NCBI GenBank assembly: GCA_020137815.1
Contig: CM035350.1
Coordinates: 9,858,001-9,922,000 of the forward strand
Origin: Hormiphora californensis
Taxonomy: Eukaryota; Animalia; Ctenophora
DNA: 64,000 nt
Direction of reading: 5' to 3'
The position numbers were made by a program, and so were the translations under genes. Of this stretch, positions 10,476-19,268 are shown piece after piece. The notes beneath the pieces are model-generated. The model saw only the letters and a list, made by a program, of their open reading frames with translations, made no database searches and was not told the DNA's origin. Numbering within the stretch: the first letter of the stretch is position 1; every line of letters starts with the position of its first letter.

Positions 10476-13400
10476 TTCTCAAGGTGCACCCGAGGCAAAC
10501 AGTTGCACGCTCAACATCGTGTCCTGGAACATTCACGGAATCAAAGACGCTAATCTTGGGCCCAAAACCAACTGTCATGAATTCCTCGCCCAACTGGGTG
10601 GTTCCCACGTATTCCTGCTACAAGAAACAAAGGGATCTGTTGAAGTTGACAGCTACATCTGCCACAACAAGACACGTCCCAACCCACGATCTGGCGGACT
10701 AACCATCGGCGTCCACTCAACTATAGCAGCACACACTAAACTAATCAAAACTGACCACGAGGACCTTCTCGCACTAAGGATTTCCAGGAAAATCACCGGG
10801 ACAGGGAAGGACCTCACCATCATTAATGTATACGACTCCCCACCCGAAAGCAGTTACAAAAAGAAATGGGCAGGTACCAGTGAGGAGAGGGACACACTCC
10901 ATGACCTGAGCCAACTGCTCCTATCTCTAAGGCAAACCGAGATCCTAATTGCCGGTGACATGAACGCTAGATTGAGTGGACTCAACACGATCCCACCGAC
11001 TCAACACATCTCTGATGACATTCTCTCCAGCGGAGACCCGTCTTATAAGGAACTCCGCACCAGCAAAGATACTGTCTGCAATGACAGAGGAGCCAAGCTA
11101 CTTGACTGTCTGTCATCAGCTGAGCTTACCATCCTAAACGGCTGTACAATTGGCGATCTAACAGGACAGTATACCTGTCACACGTACAATGGAGCTAGTG
11201 TTGTTGATTACATCATTGCCTCTGATAGCATTCGCTGCTCCACCCGATCTCTCAAGGTCAGGCCACTCCTGCCACTATCGGACCACTGCCCAATAGAAGT
11301 GACGCTTAACACCAAGACGACATTGAAAAGTGCAACAGCCCAAAGGAAGTTTCTAAACCTACCAGACGCTCCTCGGCGAACCAAATGGAAAGACACTACC
11401 GCCCAGCTACTCAAAGAACGGCAAATGAAGGACTCTGATGCTATCTCTGGGTTAATCCGGACAACCTGCAATTGCCGTGATGATGTGTACACCATGAACC
11501 AAAAAATATCAGATCTGCTTGCCGCCCAACTCAAAAGCACTGAACCAGCTGTAGACAAGAAAAAGAAGCACAAAAAACGATACACGAAATCTAAATGGTA
11601 TGATAAAGAGTGTGACATCCTACGCTTTGAAACCAACCGCCTTGCACGAGCCCAGGGCAAGGGGAAAACTGCTAACCCCAGGATCAAAGACCTCTACCAC
11701 CAGCAGAAACGATTGTATCGTCGAACAATGAGGAACAAGAAGAGCCAGCTCAAGCAAAACTTGAGCAGCAGAATTCTCTCATCCAAAACATTGAACTGGG
11801 ACACAATCGAGGAACTGAAACAGCAATTCGATCAAAAAGAGGAACTCAGCATCTCTCATATGACCGACTTCCACAGCTTCTTCAATCAGCTTTACTCCAA
11901 AAATCAGAACGAGAAAACTGACACCTGGAAAGCTGACATCCATACTAAAATCAATCTGCAATCAGACCTGGAAAATGCACTCAACCAACCTATATGCACT
12001 AATGATGTCGAAAAGGCTATCAAGGATCTAAAAAGGGGCAAATCGCCAGGCATTGATGGAATACCTAACGAACTACTCAAAGAGGCATGTCCCAACACGA
12101 TACAGCTACTCACACATCTGTATAACCAATGCCTCGAACACGGCGTGTACCCTTGGAACACTACGGTTATAACACCTATCCACAAAAAAGGGCCCAAACA
12201 TGACCCTAACAACTACCGAGCCATTGCTGTAGGGAGCAGTCTGGGGCGTGTCTTCTCCGCCATCTATCTGGAGCGCCTAGTGAACTTCAGGAAGACTCAC
12301 TGCCCGGACCCGCCCAACCAACAAGGCTTTGTGAAGGGTGCCCAAACCAGCGACCACCTCTTAACACTCCATACTGCCATTCAGAAAGGAATACAGAACA
12401 AAGGAAGGCTCTACACTTGCTTTATCGACTTTCGTAAGGCATTTGATGGCCTCAACAGAGACGCCCTTCTCCTAAAACTGCTAAACCTTGGAGTTCGTGG
12501 GAAGTTCTTCAATGTACTCGACCACATGTACAACAACTCCAAGGCTCGCCTAAAACTAGCCCAGAAACTCTCTGATCTCATTGACATCCAAATTGGTACA
12601 GAACAAGGGCATGTCACAAGTCCAGAGCTTTTCAAGTGTTTCCTCTTGGACCTATCCACAATACTCAATGATAAAGACCTAAAATCTGACCCAGTAGCAC
12701 TAGGAACAGCCCTAGTGACTCACTTGCTCTGGGCTGATGATCTGGTACTTATGTCAACCTCGGCTAAGGGTCTACAAAAACTCCTCGATGCCCTCTACCG
12801 GTTCTGCTCTGATTGGGATCTTACCGTTAACACCGAAAAAACGGCTATAATGGTCTTTAACCAAGCTGGGAGGAAACTCAAAGAATCCAATGGCTTTCTC
12901 TACGGCGACTCACACATCCCATCAACCAAGACCTATCAATATCTCGGTTTGACTTTCTCGGTGAATGGTAACCTACGAGAAGCCCAAAAACAACTGAGAA
13001 TCAAGAGCATGCGGAGCATTTTCGCCATAAAAAGAATAGTGGATATCAGATCAATATCCAAGCAAGCGGCCCTAAAACTATTTGATGCTCTGGTAGCACC
13101 TGTAGCAGGGTATGCATCAGCTATCTGGCTGCACGAAACAAGATTTCTCAAGACATCTATAAATGGGAAGCATGTGAAAACTACATCGAAGGACATCTGG
13201 GACGACCAAACAGAAAAATGTCAAACCAGCTTTCTGAGATGGCTACTAGGACTTCGGAAAAACACACCGCTACCTCCACTCTACGGGGACACTGATAGAG
13301 TCCCCCTGGCCGTAAGAAACAGCAAACACCTGCTGGACTTCCACAATAGACTATGTATCATGAGCAACACTCTCGACAACCAAAGCAAGCTAGTCGTACA

Positions 13401-13965
13401 CGCCTATAACGAACAGAAGCGACTACAGTTGCCCTGGTATCAAAGTGTCCTAAGGACCTCCGAGATATTCGACTCCAATGCCCACCACCCGCAGAAGACA
13501 CTTCTCCCTAACTCCCAACTCGTGCAGGCCCGTATCTCAGATTGGTTTTGGACCCAATGGGACGATATTCGCCACAGCAACCGGAAGCTTGAATTCTACA
13601 ACAGTGTCAAGACCGGACATGGCTTTGAGGATTACCTAGAAAGAAGGACGGCACCTGACTTCATCAAGTTAAGAACGAGTACCCACCGCCTAAAAATCGA
13701 AACCGGACGCCATAACAAAACTGACAGATCTGAGCGCCTCTGTGATGATTGCTCCTCGCCCGAGTCTATACCTCTTCTGCGTGCCCTCCCTTTCTTCGAC
13801 CCAATCATCCAAGATGAGTGGCACATGCTGAATGAATGCACCCGCACCAAATCAGCTCGAGACCGCCTAACAGATCAAGACAGAACCTCCCTTCGTGGTC
13901 ATGTCTTCCCCTCACATATCAATCATCATCTCTCTCACCTAATTCACACCATCATCAACCCATAA
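10465..13965 (+). CDS. RTEX-like ORF2: AP endonuclease, reverse transcriptase, C-terminal CCHC zinc finger (1166 aa)
   Basis: SWNIHG, LQET, GDMNA, VDY, SDH; PGIDGIPNE, FIDFRKAFD, GTEQG, LWADD; KLRTSTHRLKIETGRH...RLCDDC...DEWHMLNEC. Overlaps ORF1 by 11 nt. Confidence 0.95.
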   Translation: MKSNSQGAPEANSCTLNIVSWNIHGIKDANLGPKTNCHEFLAQLGGSHVFLLQETKGSVEVDSYICHNKTRPNPRSGGLTIGVHSTIAAHTKLIKTDHEDLLALRISRKITGTGKDLTIINVYDSPPESSYKKKWAGTSEERDTLHDLSQLLLSLRQTEILIAGDMNARLSGLNTIPPTQHISDDILSSGDPSYKELRTSKDTVCNDRGAKLLDCLSSAELTILNGCTIGDLTGQYTCHTYNGASVVDYIIASDSIRCSTRSLKVRPLLPLSDHCPIEVTLNTKTTLKSATAQRKFLNLPDAPRRTKWKDTTAQLLKERQMKDSDAISGLIRTTCNCRDDVYTMNQKISDLLAAQLKSTEPAVDKKKKHKKRYTKSKWYDKECDILRFETNRLARAQGKGKTANPRIKDLYHQQKRLYRRTMRNKKSQLKQNLSSRILSSKTLNWDTIEELKQQFDQKEELSISHMTDFHSFFNQLYSKNQNEKTDTWKADIHTKINLQSDLENALNQPICTNDVEKAIKDLKRGKSPGIDGIPNELLKEACPNTIQLLTHLYNQCLEHGVYPWNTTVITPIHKKGPKHDPNNYRAIAVGSSLGRVFSAIYLERLVNFRKTHCPDPPNQQGFVKGAQTSDHLLTLHTAIQKGIQNKGRLYTCFIDFRKAFDGLNRDALLLKLLNLGVRGKFFNVLDHMYNNSKARLKLAQKLSDLIDIQIGTEQGHVTSPELFKCFLLDLSTILNDKDLKSDPVALGTALVTHLLWADDLVLMSTSAKGLQKLLDALYRFCSDWDLTVNTEKTAIMVFNQAGRKLKESNGFLYGDSHIPSTKTYQYLGLTFSVNGNLREAQKQLRIKSMRSIFAIKRIVDIRSISKQAALKLFDALVAPVAGYASAIWLHETRFLKTSINGKHVKTTSKDIWDDQTEKCQTSFLRWLLGLRKNTPLPPLYGDTDRVPLAVRNSKHLLDFHNRLCIMSNTLDNQSKLVVHAYNEQKRLQLPWYQSVLRTSEIFDSNAHHPQKTLLPNSQLVQARISDWFWTQWDDIRHSNRKLEFYNSVKTGHGFEDYLERRTAPDFIKLRTSTHRLKIETGRHNKTDRSERLCDDCSSPESIPLLRALPFFDPIIQDEWHMLNECTRTKSARDRLTDQDRTSLRGHVFPSHINHHLSHLIHTIINP

Positions 13966-14090
13966 TACACACACTACCACCGCCCACCATACCTCTCCTC
14001 TCAACCCCCCTGAACCCTCTCTCTACCCCTCCTACTCCCACTTTTTTTATAGTTATATGACAATAATATTATTGTTAAGTACTTTTTAAT

Positions 14091-14153
14091 TTGAATCTTG
14101 AATCTTGAATCTTGAATCTTGAATCTTGAATCTTGAATCTTGAATCTTGAATC
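14091..14153 (+). repeat. (TTGAATC)9 3' tail of the RTEX-like LINE
   Basis: Nine perfect 7-mers directly before the host sequence resumes. Confidence 0.95.
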
Positions 14154-14796
14154 TATTGGAGATGGGAGAAGTACCAGGTAAGGTCTTGGCAAGGACCAAA
14201 TCCAGTGTACCACCCGCTATATGAGTAGGTTCCGAAACAAATTGATGAAAATGATGGTCATCGAGAAGCCCGAGAAAGGTTTTAGTTGATCCGGAACTGG
14301 TATCTTGCACATGTATGTTGAAATCACCTGAAATAACCACCTCTCCAGGTCGTTCCGAAAGGTCATGGAGCAACGACTCGAATTCATCGAAGAAGGTAGA
14401 AATAGGGCTGGATGGAGGGCGATAGATGCCAAGAAGACGGAGGGGTTGGAACTTGGTTCCCTGAGCTGTAGGATTGGAACTCTTTTGAGTGATGAGAGTT
14501 TCCACACACTCGAATGATGAAAATGAGTGCTTTACCTGAACATGGTGGAAGGATTTCCTCATGAGGATGGCGACACCACCTCCTCTAGAGCCACGCGGCC
14601 TGCTAACCAACTTGTAGCCATGCTCTCTAGTCTCTCTCTCAATAGCACTCTCATCTAAGTGTAACCACGTCTCGCTTAAACACACTGCATCAATATCACT
14701 GTCAGAAATACTCAATAAAACATCTAACAACTTGTTACGCAACGAGAAACAGTTAACAGTGGCCAGTTTTAACCCTACTGGTTTTTTGAACGAGCT
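14154..14796 (-). CDS. L2-type LINE ORF2, N-terminal part (AP endonuclease); no initiating AUG
   Basis: LKLATVNCFSLRNK, CLSETWL, RGGGVAI, GIYRPP, GDFNIH, PTHIAGGTLDLV; frame opens right after TGA at 14799-14797. Confidence 0.9.
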
Positions 14797-15995
14797 TCAT
14801 TGAACTTAGACAGATACAAGGGACAATCTCGACTGTTTGCAGCATGGGCAACATCTGACTTTTTCGCAACAGAACAGTTATTACATTTAGGAGTGAAACT
14901 TTCGTTAGATTTTGCCGTACAGTCTTTAGAAGAATGTTCTTGAGAACAGTGGGTACACACTGGACGTCTGTTACACACATCTTGCGTGTGGTGGAAGTCC
15001 TGACAATTATAACACTGAATAACCCGCACACGATCCACCACCCTACACGCCATATAACCAACATATACTACTCCTTGTCCCAGTATCTGCCGTTTGATTG
15101 TAGTAGGCAGCCTTAGTCCAATTGTACATGTATCAGGGACACGATCATTTACCCTGTAGTATATCACATCAATGTTATCATTGTCCAGTTGCTCATTTTT
15201 CTCCTTAAGCATACCAAGTATTTCCTGGCACCTCACCGAGCGATCAGTAGTTTGCCTCATGGAATCAGTAAGAGGGAAGTTGAGGACTGTTATCTTGCAA
15301 GTGGGTTCGGATCGAACTCTGACAGTTGTTGAAGAGAGGTCCTTATTGAGGGCATCTGCTGCCTTATCACCATCAGTACTGGGCACAGTAATGATCACCG
15401 CATTTTTCGTCTTGACCAACCGAGAGACTTTCGTTTTAGACAGGGCAGTCTCACTGAGCCTGTGTACTTCATCAACATCAGCCTCCTTGCAGTCAACGAC
15501 GATTTTCCTGTATGATGGTTTTGTTGGAGGGGCAGTAAGAGGTATGGCAGCTGGGAGCACTGTAGGAATGGAGGGGGTGGAAGGTTTTCCAGACATAGCA
15601 AGTTGGGCATAAGATGGTTGGAGTTGCTGAATGGTTTCTTTGACAGTCAGCTGGAGTTCTTCCCGGAATTGGATAAACCGTTCATCTTGTTGTTTTGCAA
15701 GTTTGACGAGGATATTTGCGTCACTGTTATTATCATTCTGAGCTGGTTTGTTGCATTGGGTAGCTTCGTTCCAAAGCGCTCTATAGGCGACCTTTATAAC
15801 CTTCCATAAGTCATTTCTACTGACCGTACGTTCGGTGTTTCCAGACATTTCTCCGTTATCTTGTAGCAGGCTAAACAGGTTCATTTGGGTGAGCATTTCT
15901 TCAACTTTCTCCAGCTCACATTGGATATCGGGTGGATCAGCCATCTCGTCTCTTTTATCAGACATGGGACTGCCCATCGTGGGCTGTTGATACAT
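14775..15995 (-). CDS. L2-type LINE ORF1, gag-like nucleic-acid-binding protein (406 aa)
   Basis: PSYA motif; QCYNCQDFHHTQDVC, CTHCSQEHSSKDC and CNNC...H...C zinc knuckles; ends SKNQ*. Confidence 0.9.
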   Translation of the reverse strand: MYQQPTMGSPMSDKRDEMADPPDIQCELEKVEEMLTQMNLFSLLQDNGEMSGNTERTVSRNDLWKVIKVAYRALWNEATQCNKPAQNDNNSDANILVKLAKQQDERFIQFREELQLTVKETIQQLQPSYAQLAMSGKPSTPSIPTVLPAAIPLTAPPTKPSYRKIVVDCKEADVDEVHRLSETALSKTKVSRLVKTKNAVIITVPSTDGDKAADALNKDLSSTTVRVRSEPTCKITVLNFPLTDSMRQTTDRSVRCQEILGMLKEKNEQLDNDNIDVIYYRVNDRVPDTCTIGLRLPTTIKRQILGQGVVYVGYMACRVVDRVRVIQCYNCQDFHHTQDVCNRRPVCTHCSQEHSSKDCTAKSNESFTPKCNNCSVAKKSDVAHAANSRDCPLYLSKFNEARSKNQ

Positions 15996-16135
15996 TCGAT
16001 CTACCTGCTCAAATTAATTTGTTTAAAGTAGTGTTGAAAAGCTTGCAGTCTTGTTAGTTTCGGTCGATCTTATTCGGCAAGGTTATTTGAAAAATCACAA
16101 GCTACCAGTTGGTAACGATTCTGCACTATTGGAGT

Positions 16136-16680
16136 ACAAATACAAATACAATTATAATTTATATCCCGCTTTTGGGCCTATGCATTGTTAGTGCTAGGAG
16201 GACGCCGTTTCAATCAGTCGATTGAAGCAACGCACCCACCACTAACAAGCCTTCTAAAGCGGCTCTTATAGGATTATAAGATCCTAAAGGCCTTAAAAAA
16301 CCGTCGGCAGTCATTCGATATAATATATATAAATGAATGTAGAAAATAAGGGTTATAAAATATCTAATTAAGAAATAGCGTAATTAATTCGTTGAGTGAT
16401 TAAGTAGTTAGATAATTGAGAAATTAACTAGTTAGATAATTGATAATTAACTAGTTAGATAATTAACTAGTTAGATAATTAACTGTTGATTAATAAGTAC
16501 ATAGTGTAAATACTAAGTAAGTAGTACTAGAAAACCCGTTGAAGTAAAGCGTAACTGTGAACTGAATACGACACGGGCATGTACTATAATAATATACCCA
16601 CTATAGAACACCATGAACACTGCACCCTGAACACTCTGAACACCCTGAACACCCTAAATACTCTCTATTTACAGATCCGT
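16136..16680 (-). mobile_element. 3' UTR fragment of a second L2/CR1-type LINE (or LINE-tailed SINE)
   Basis: Minus strand GCCGCTTTAGAAGGCT...hairpin...GCGGGATATAAAT plus short (TTGTAT)n tail, matching the 3' end motifs of the element at 3599; AT-rich UTR-like body. Far boundary approximate. Confidence 0.6.
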
Positions 16681-17238
16681 GAATTAAAGGAGAGTGTCTG
16701 AAGGAGGTTCAGAAACTCATTTAAACGGTGCAAAACGTCAAGAGTTTTAATTTTATTTTTAAAAAGAATTCAAAATTTTTTCAGTTTGATTTTTCGTTTT
16801 TATTTTGGAAGTGGAGGAGGAGAGCCGCGCGTCTTTTAGAAGACAGTTTGCGCTGGCGCGTCACGTGCCGCGCGCCGCGCGATTTCAAAAATTCAGAGAT
16901 TTGACCTCGTTTTTAAAGATGGCCGTTTTTCACTTTTTTTTCTTTTGAGTTTGTCCTTCGGCCTTCCGGCTTCCCCTTTTTCCCTTTCCCGGTTCCCCTT
17001 GAGTCTTCGTCTCTTCTAGATGTGGCGCGCTCATGGATAAGGTGTAATTTTGGATGTGGCGTGCTCTTGAAATTTTATGGGATCCCTAAAAAGTTCCCGG
17101 ATCGCCCATCGGGCACCGGTGATCGGATACCAAACGAACAGTATTAGGGAGGGGGATCGGGAGGCTCTGTAAGAATCTGACAATGGTGTAGTATTTGCAC
17201 AAAGAAGATTACAAGATTACTTTTAAGTGAAAGCGAAA

Positions 17239-17522
17239 CAACAACGAACTGGCTGGGAAACGTTAAAATCTGGGTGTTTTGAGTGTCAATTTTGAGTGTC
17301 AGTACTCACGGCTTTTTAGGGTTAGGTCTGGGGTTGTGGTAGGGGTTAGGGCTTGAGTTTTCCTATTTGATAAGCTTTGAATTAGCCACGGTCGAGTGGT
17401 TTAGTCGTTAGAGCTATTTTATTGTAAGGTACTTTTTATGAATGTTTATGAACGGCACCCGAACTGGCATAACGATCTAACCGGTGAGAGTCAGATGTGC
17501 AACGTGCAGCCAGTTCGTTGTT
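17239..17522. mobile_element. Nested MITE-like repeats: outer IR AACAACGAACTGGCTG around an inner TTAGGG-rich element
   Basis: aacaacgaactggctg / cagccagttcgttgtt inverted pair; the inner cgttaaaatctgggtg...ggttagg element recurs at 47265-48450. Confidence 0.6.
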
Positions 17523-17806
17523 TCTCTTACACTTTTCACAACTTTATCAGTTAGTCGTAAAGTCGGACTTTCTGAAGTTGTCACACTAAACGTTGACGGT
17601 TGAATTTGGTGATATGTATTTCTCTTTGACCCATACACCACACGTTAAAACGTGATAGGCGTGCAAAAAACGAGCACACAAGAATGGGGGACTATACATA
17701 CAGTTTGAGTTGCCTTCACTCCCTTGACTTTTTGTATGTTTAATGGAGTGGTTAGTTTAATTGAATTAACGCTCTTCAGTTTCCCGGGTAACCCCAGGTT
17801 GGATCC

Positions 17807-18991
17807 ATGGATGTCGAGAAAGAAGAAGCGAAGACATCGGAGCTGGTCAAAAGCTGCCTTTTCCAGATGAGAGCTCACAAGCTCGAGAAGATGGTCGAAA
17901 CGGTGAAAGAAGTGAGAGAGATCGACCGTCAAATTCCATCATTCTACAGCCGAATTAAAAAGCTGGCCATGTGCAGTACTGGGCAATTCCACCGAGAGGG
18001 TAAATTCCGTTACTGGTTTAAAGAAATTCACCGAGTATCGTGTAAAACAAGCCTACCAATCGATCAGTTATTCACCCGGGCTCTACGGTACACACAACAC
18101 TCCCTTGTTCCTTCCTCGCAATACTGTCACGCAACAAGGACCCTTCCTAATGGTCGGTATATGGCACAGTTAAAGAAAGGAAGGACCCTGACTATATCAT
18201 CATCACCCACTGCAGTCGAACAGTTTCACCTCACATCACCCCTTACCAATGTGACAGGATTCACTTGGGACGTGTCTCTACCATCTCAGTGTATGGTAGT
18301 AATCGGTTTTCATGGCTTGGTAATGAGTCGAGTGTTTGAGGGAAGGACGATCTGGGAAGGTAGGTCACCCACCCATGTTTGTTGTACCCGAGGACTCACC
18401 ATGGAAACCTTCATCACCCTAGGGGACAGGTTGCAAGTATGGGATATAAGACAATGTTATCCCGCTCTCTCTTGGCCCCATGCCTCCCTCTGTGCCTCGG
18501 GTGGGGACTGTTGTGTGGTTATCTCGGAACGGGAGGTTGTGTGTGCGGACAAAGAAGGGTTCCTCTCAAGGTACGACCTGAGGTGTGGCCCGGGGGTTCC
18601 TTTAAAAAGAGAGAAGACCTGGTTTAGCTCCATATTCAGTGTCTCAATATGTGGTGTCTCCTCCTGTGTCTCCTCGTGTGGAGGACAGAATGTTTTGGTG
18701 CAGAGTGTCACTGGGAAGGTCAGGGTGTTCGATAGTTCAAGTCTCACGTTACAAGAGGCAAGTTATGAAGGGCAGGAATCATTCAGTACTCTCCCAGGTT
18801 GTGTCTTTGGTCCAGATATGTTCCTGGCTGTAAACAACAATACTGGGGAGCTCATGGTGTTCGATACTGTCTTCAGAAAGCCTCTACTGAGAGCTAAAGT
18901 CGAGGAAGGAGTTATGTCTGCTGGTCAATTGGAGCCGGGGGTGGCAGTTTTATCAGGAATTAAAGGAGCTCAGGTGATCAAGTGTTTTTAA
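17807..18991 (+). CDS. Intronless WD40/beta-propeller-like protein (394 aa)
   Basis: Long ATG-initiated ORF with strand-ending motifs LQVWDIR, LSRYDLR, KVRVFDS, ELMVFDT; divergent, family not recognised. Confidence 0.65.
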   Translation: MDVEKEEAKTSELVKSCLFQMRAHKLEKMVETVKEVREIDRQIPSFYSRIKKLAMCSTGQFHREGKFRYWFKEIHRVSCKTSLPIDQLFTRALRYTQHSLVPSSQYCHATRTLPNGRYMAQLKKGRTLTISSSPTAVEQFHLTSPLTNVTGFTWDVSLPSQCMVVIGFHGLVMSRVFEGRTIWEGRSPTHVCCTRGLTMETFITLGDRLQVWDIRQCYPALSWPHASLCASGGDCCVVISEREVVCADKEGFLSRYDLRCGPGVPLKREKTWFSSIFSVSICGVSSCVSSCGGQNVLVQSVTGKVRVFDSSSLTLQEASYEGQESFSTLPGCVFGPDMFLAVNNNTGELMVFDTVFRKPLLRAKVEEGVMSAGQLEPGVAVLSGIKGAQVIKCF

Positions 18992-19268
18992 TACTGTGGC
19001 CTTTATCTGATAATATTGTGTACTAATTTCAACTCCAATGGAGTTATATCATCTTGACAAGTAGTTATTATCTTTGTGTTGGGTTTTTGTTTGAGTGTTT
19101 TCTTTTCGGCTTTTTGATAGTACTCGTGTGTGTTTTATTTGATTGTTTTTTCGCCAGGTTTTTCTACTTTTCTACAACTTCTGTGTTTTGTCTTCTGAAC
19201 ACCACCCACGGCGTGTACTTGCTCAATAAATCCCCTTAATAACCCAATCCCGAACTAGAAGGGTCAGT

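Larger units (their letters stand above)
6377..14153 (+). mobile_element. Intact RTEX-like non-LTR retrotransposon nested in the L2-type LINE
   Basis: 5' 48-bp array, ORF1, ORF2 (APE-RT-CCHC), short 3' UTR and (TTGAATC)9 tail; flanks rejoin to restore the host ORF2 frame. Confidence 0.9.
3599..16135 (-). mobile_element. Apparently full-length L2/CR1-group LINE, interrupted by a nested LINE at 6377-14153
   Basis: ORF1 with three CCHC-type knuckles; split APE-RT ORF2; 3' UTR ending GCGGGGTATCAAAT plus an (ATTGA)n tail at ~3599-3617 on the minus strand. 5' end approximate. Confidence 0.9.

Noticed and set aside
14153-16134. CTATTGGAG present at both 14153-14161 and 16126-16134 as a TSD
   Set aside because: The two copies do not flank a single element; one lies in host ORF2 coding sequence. 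Probably chance.
16185-16250. Hammerhead ribozyme in the LINE 3' hairpin (CTGATTGA...GAAA on the minus strand)
   Set aside because: The core does not match CUGANGA, and the bases are tied up in a simple stem.
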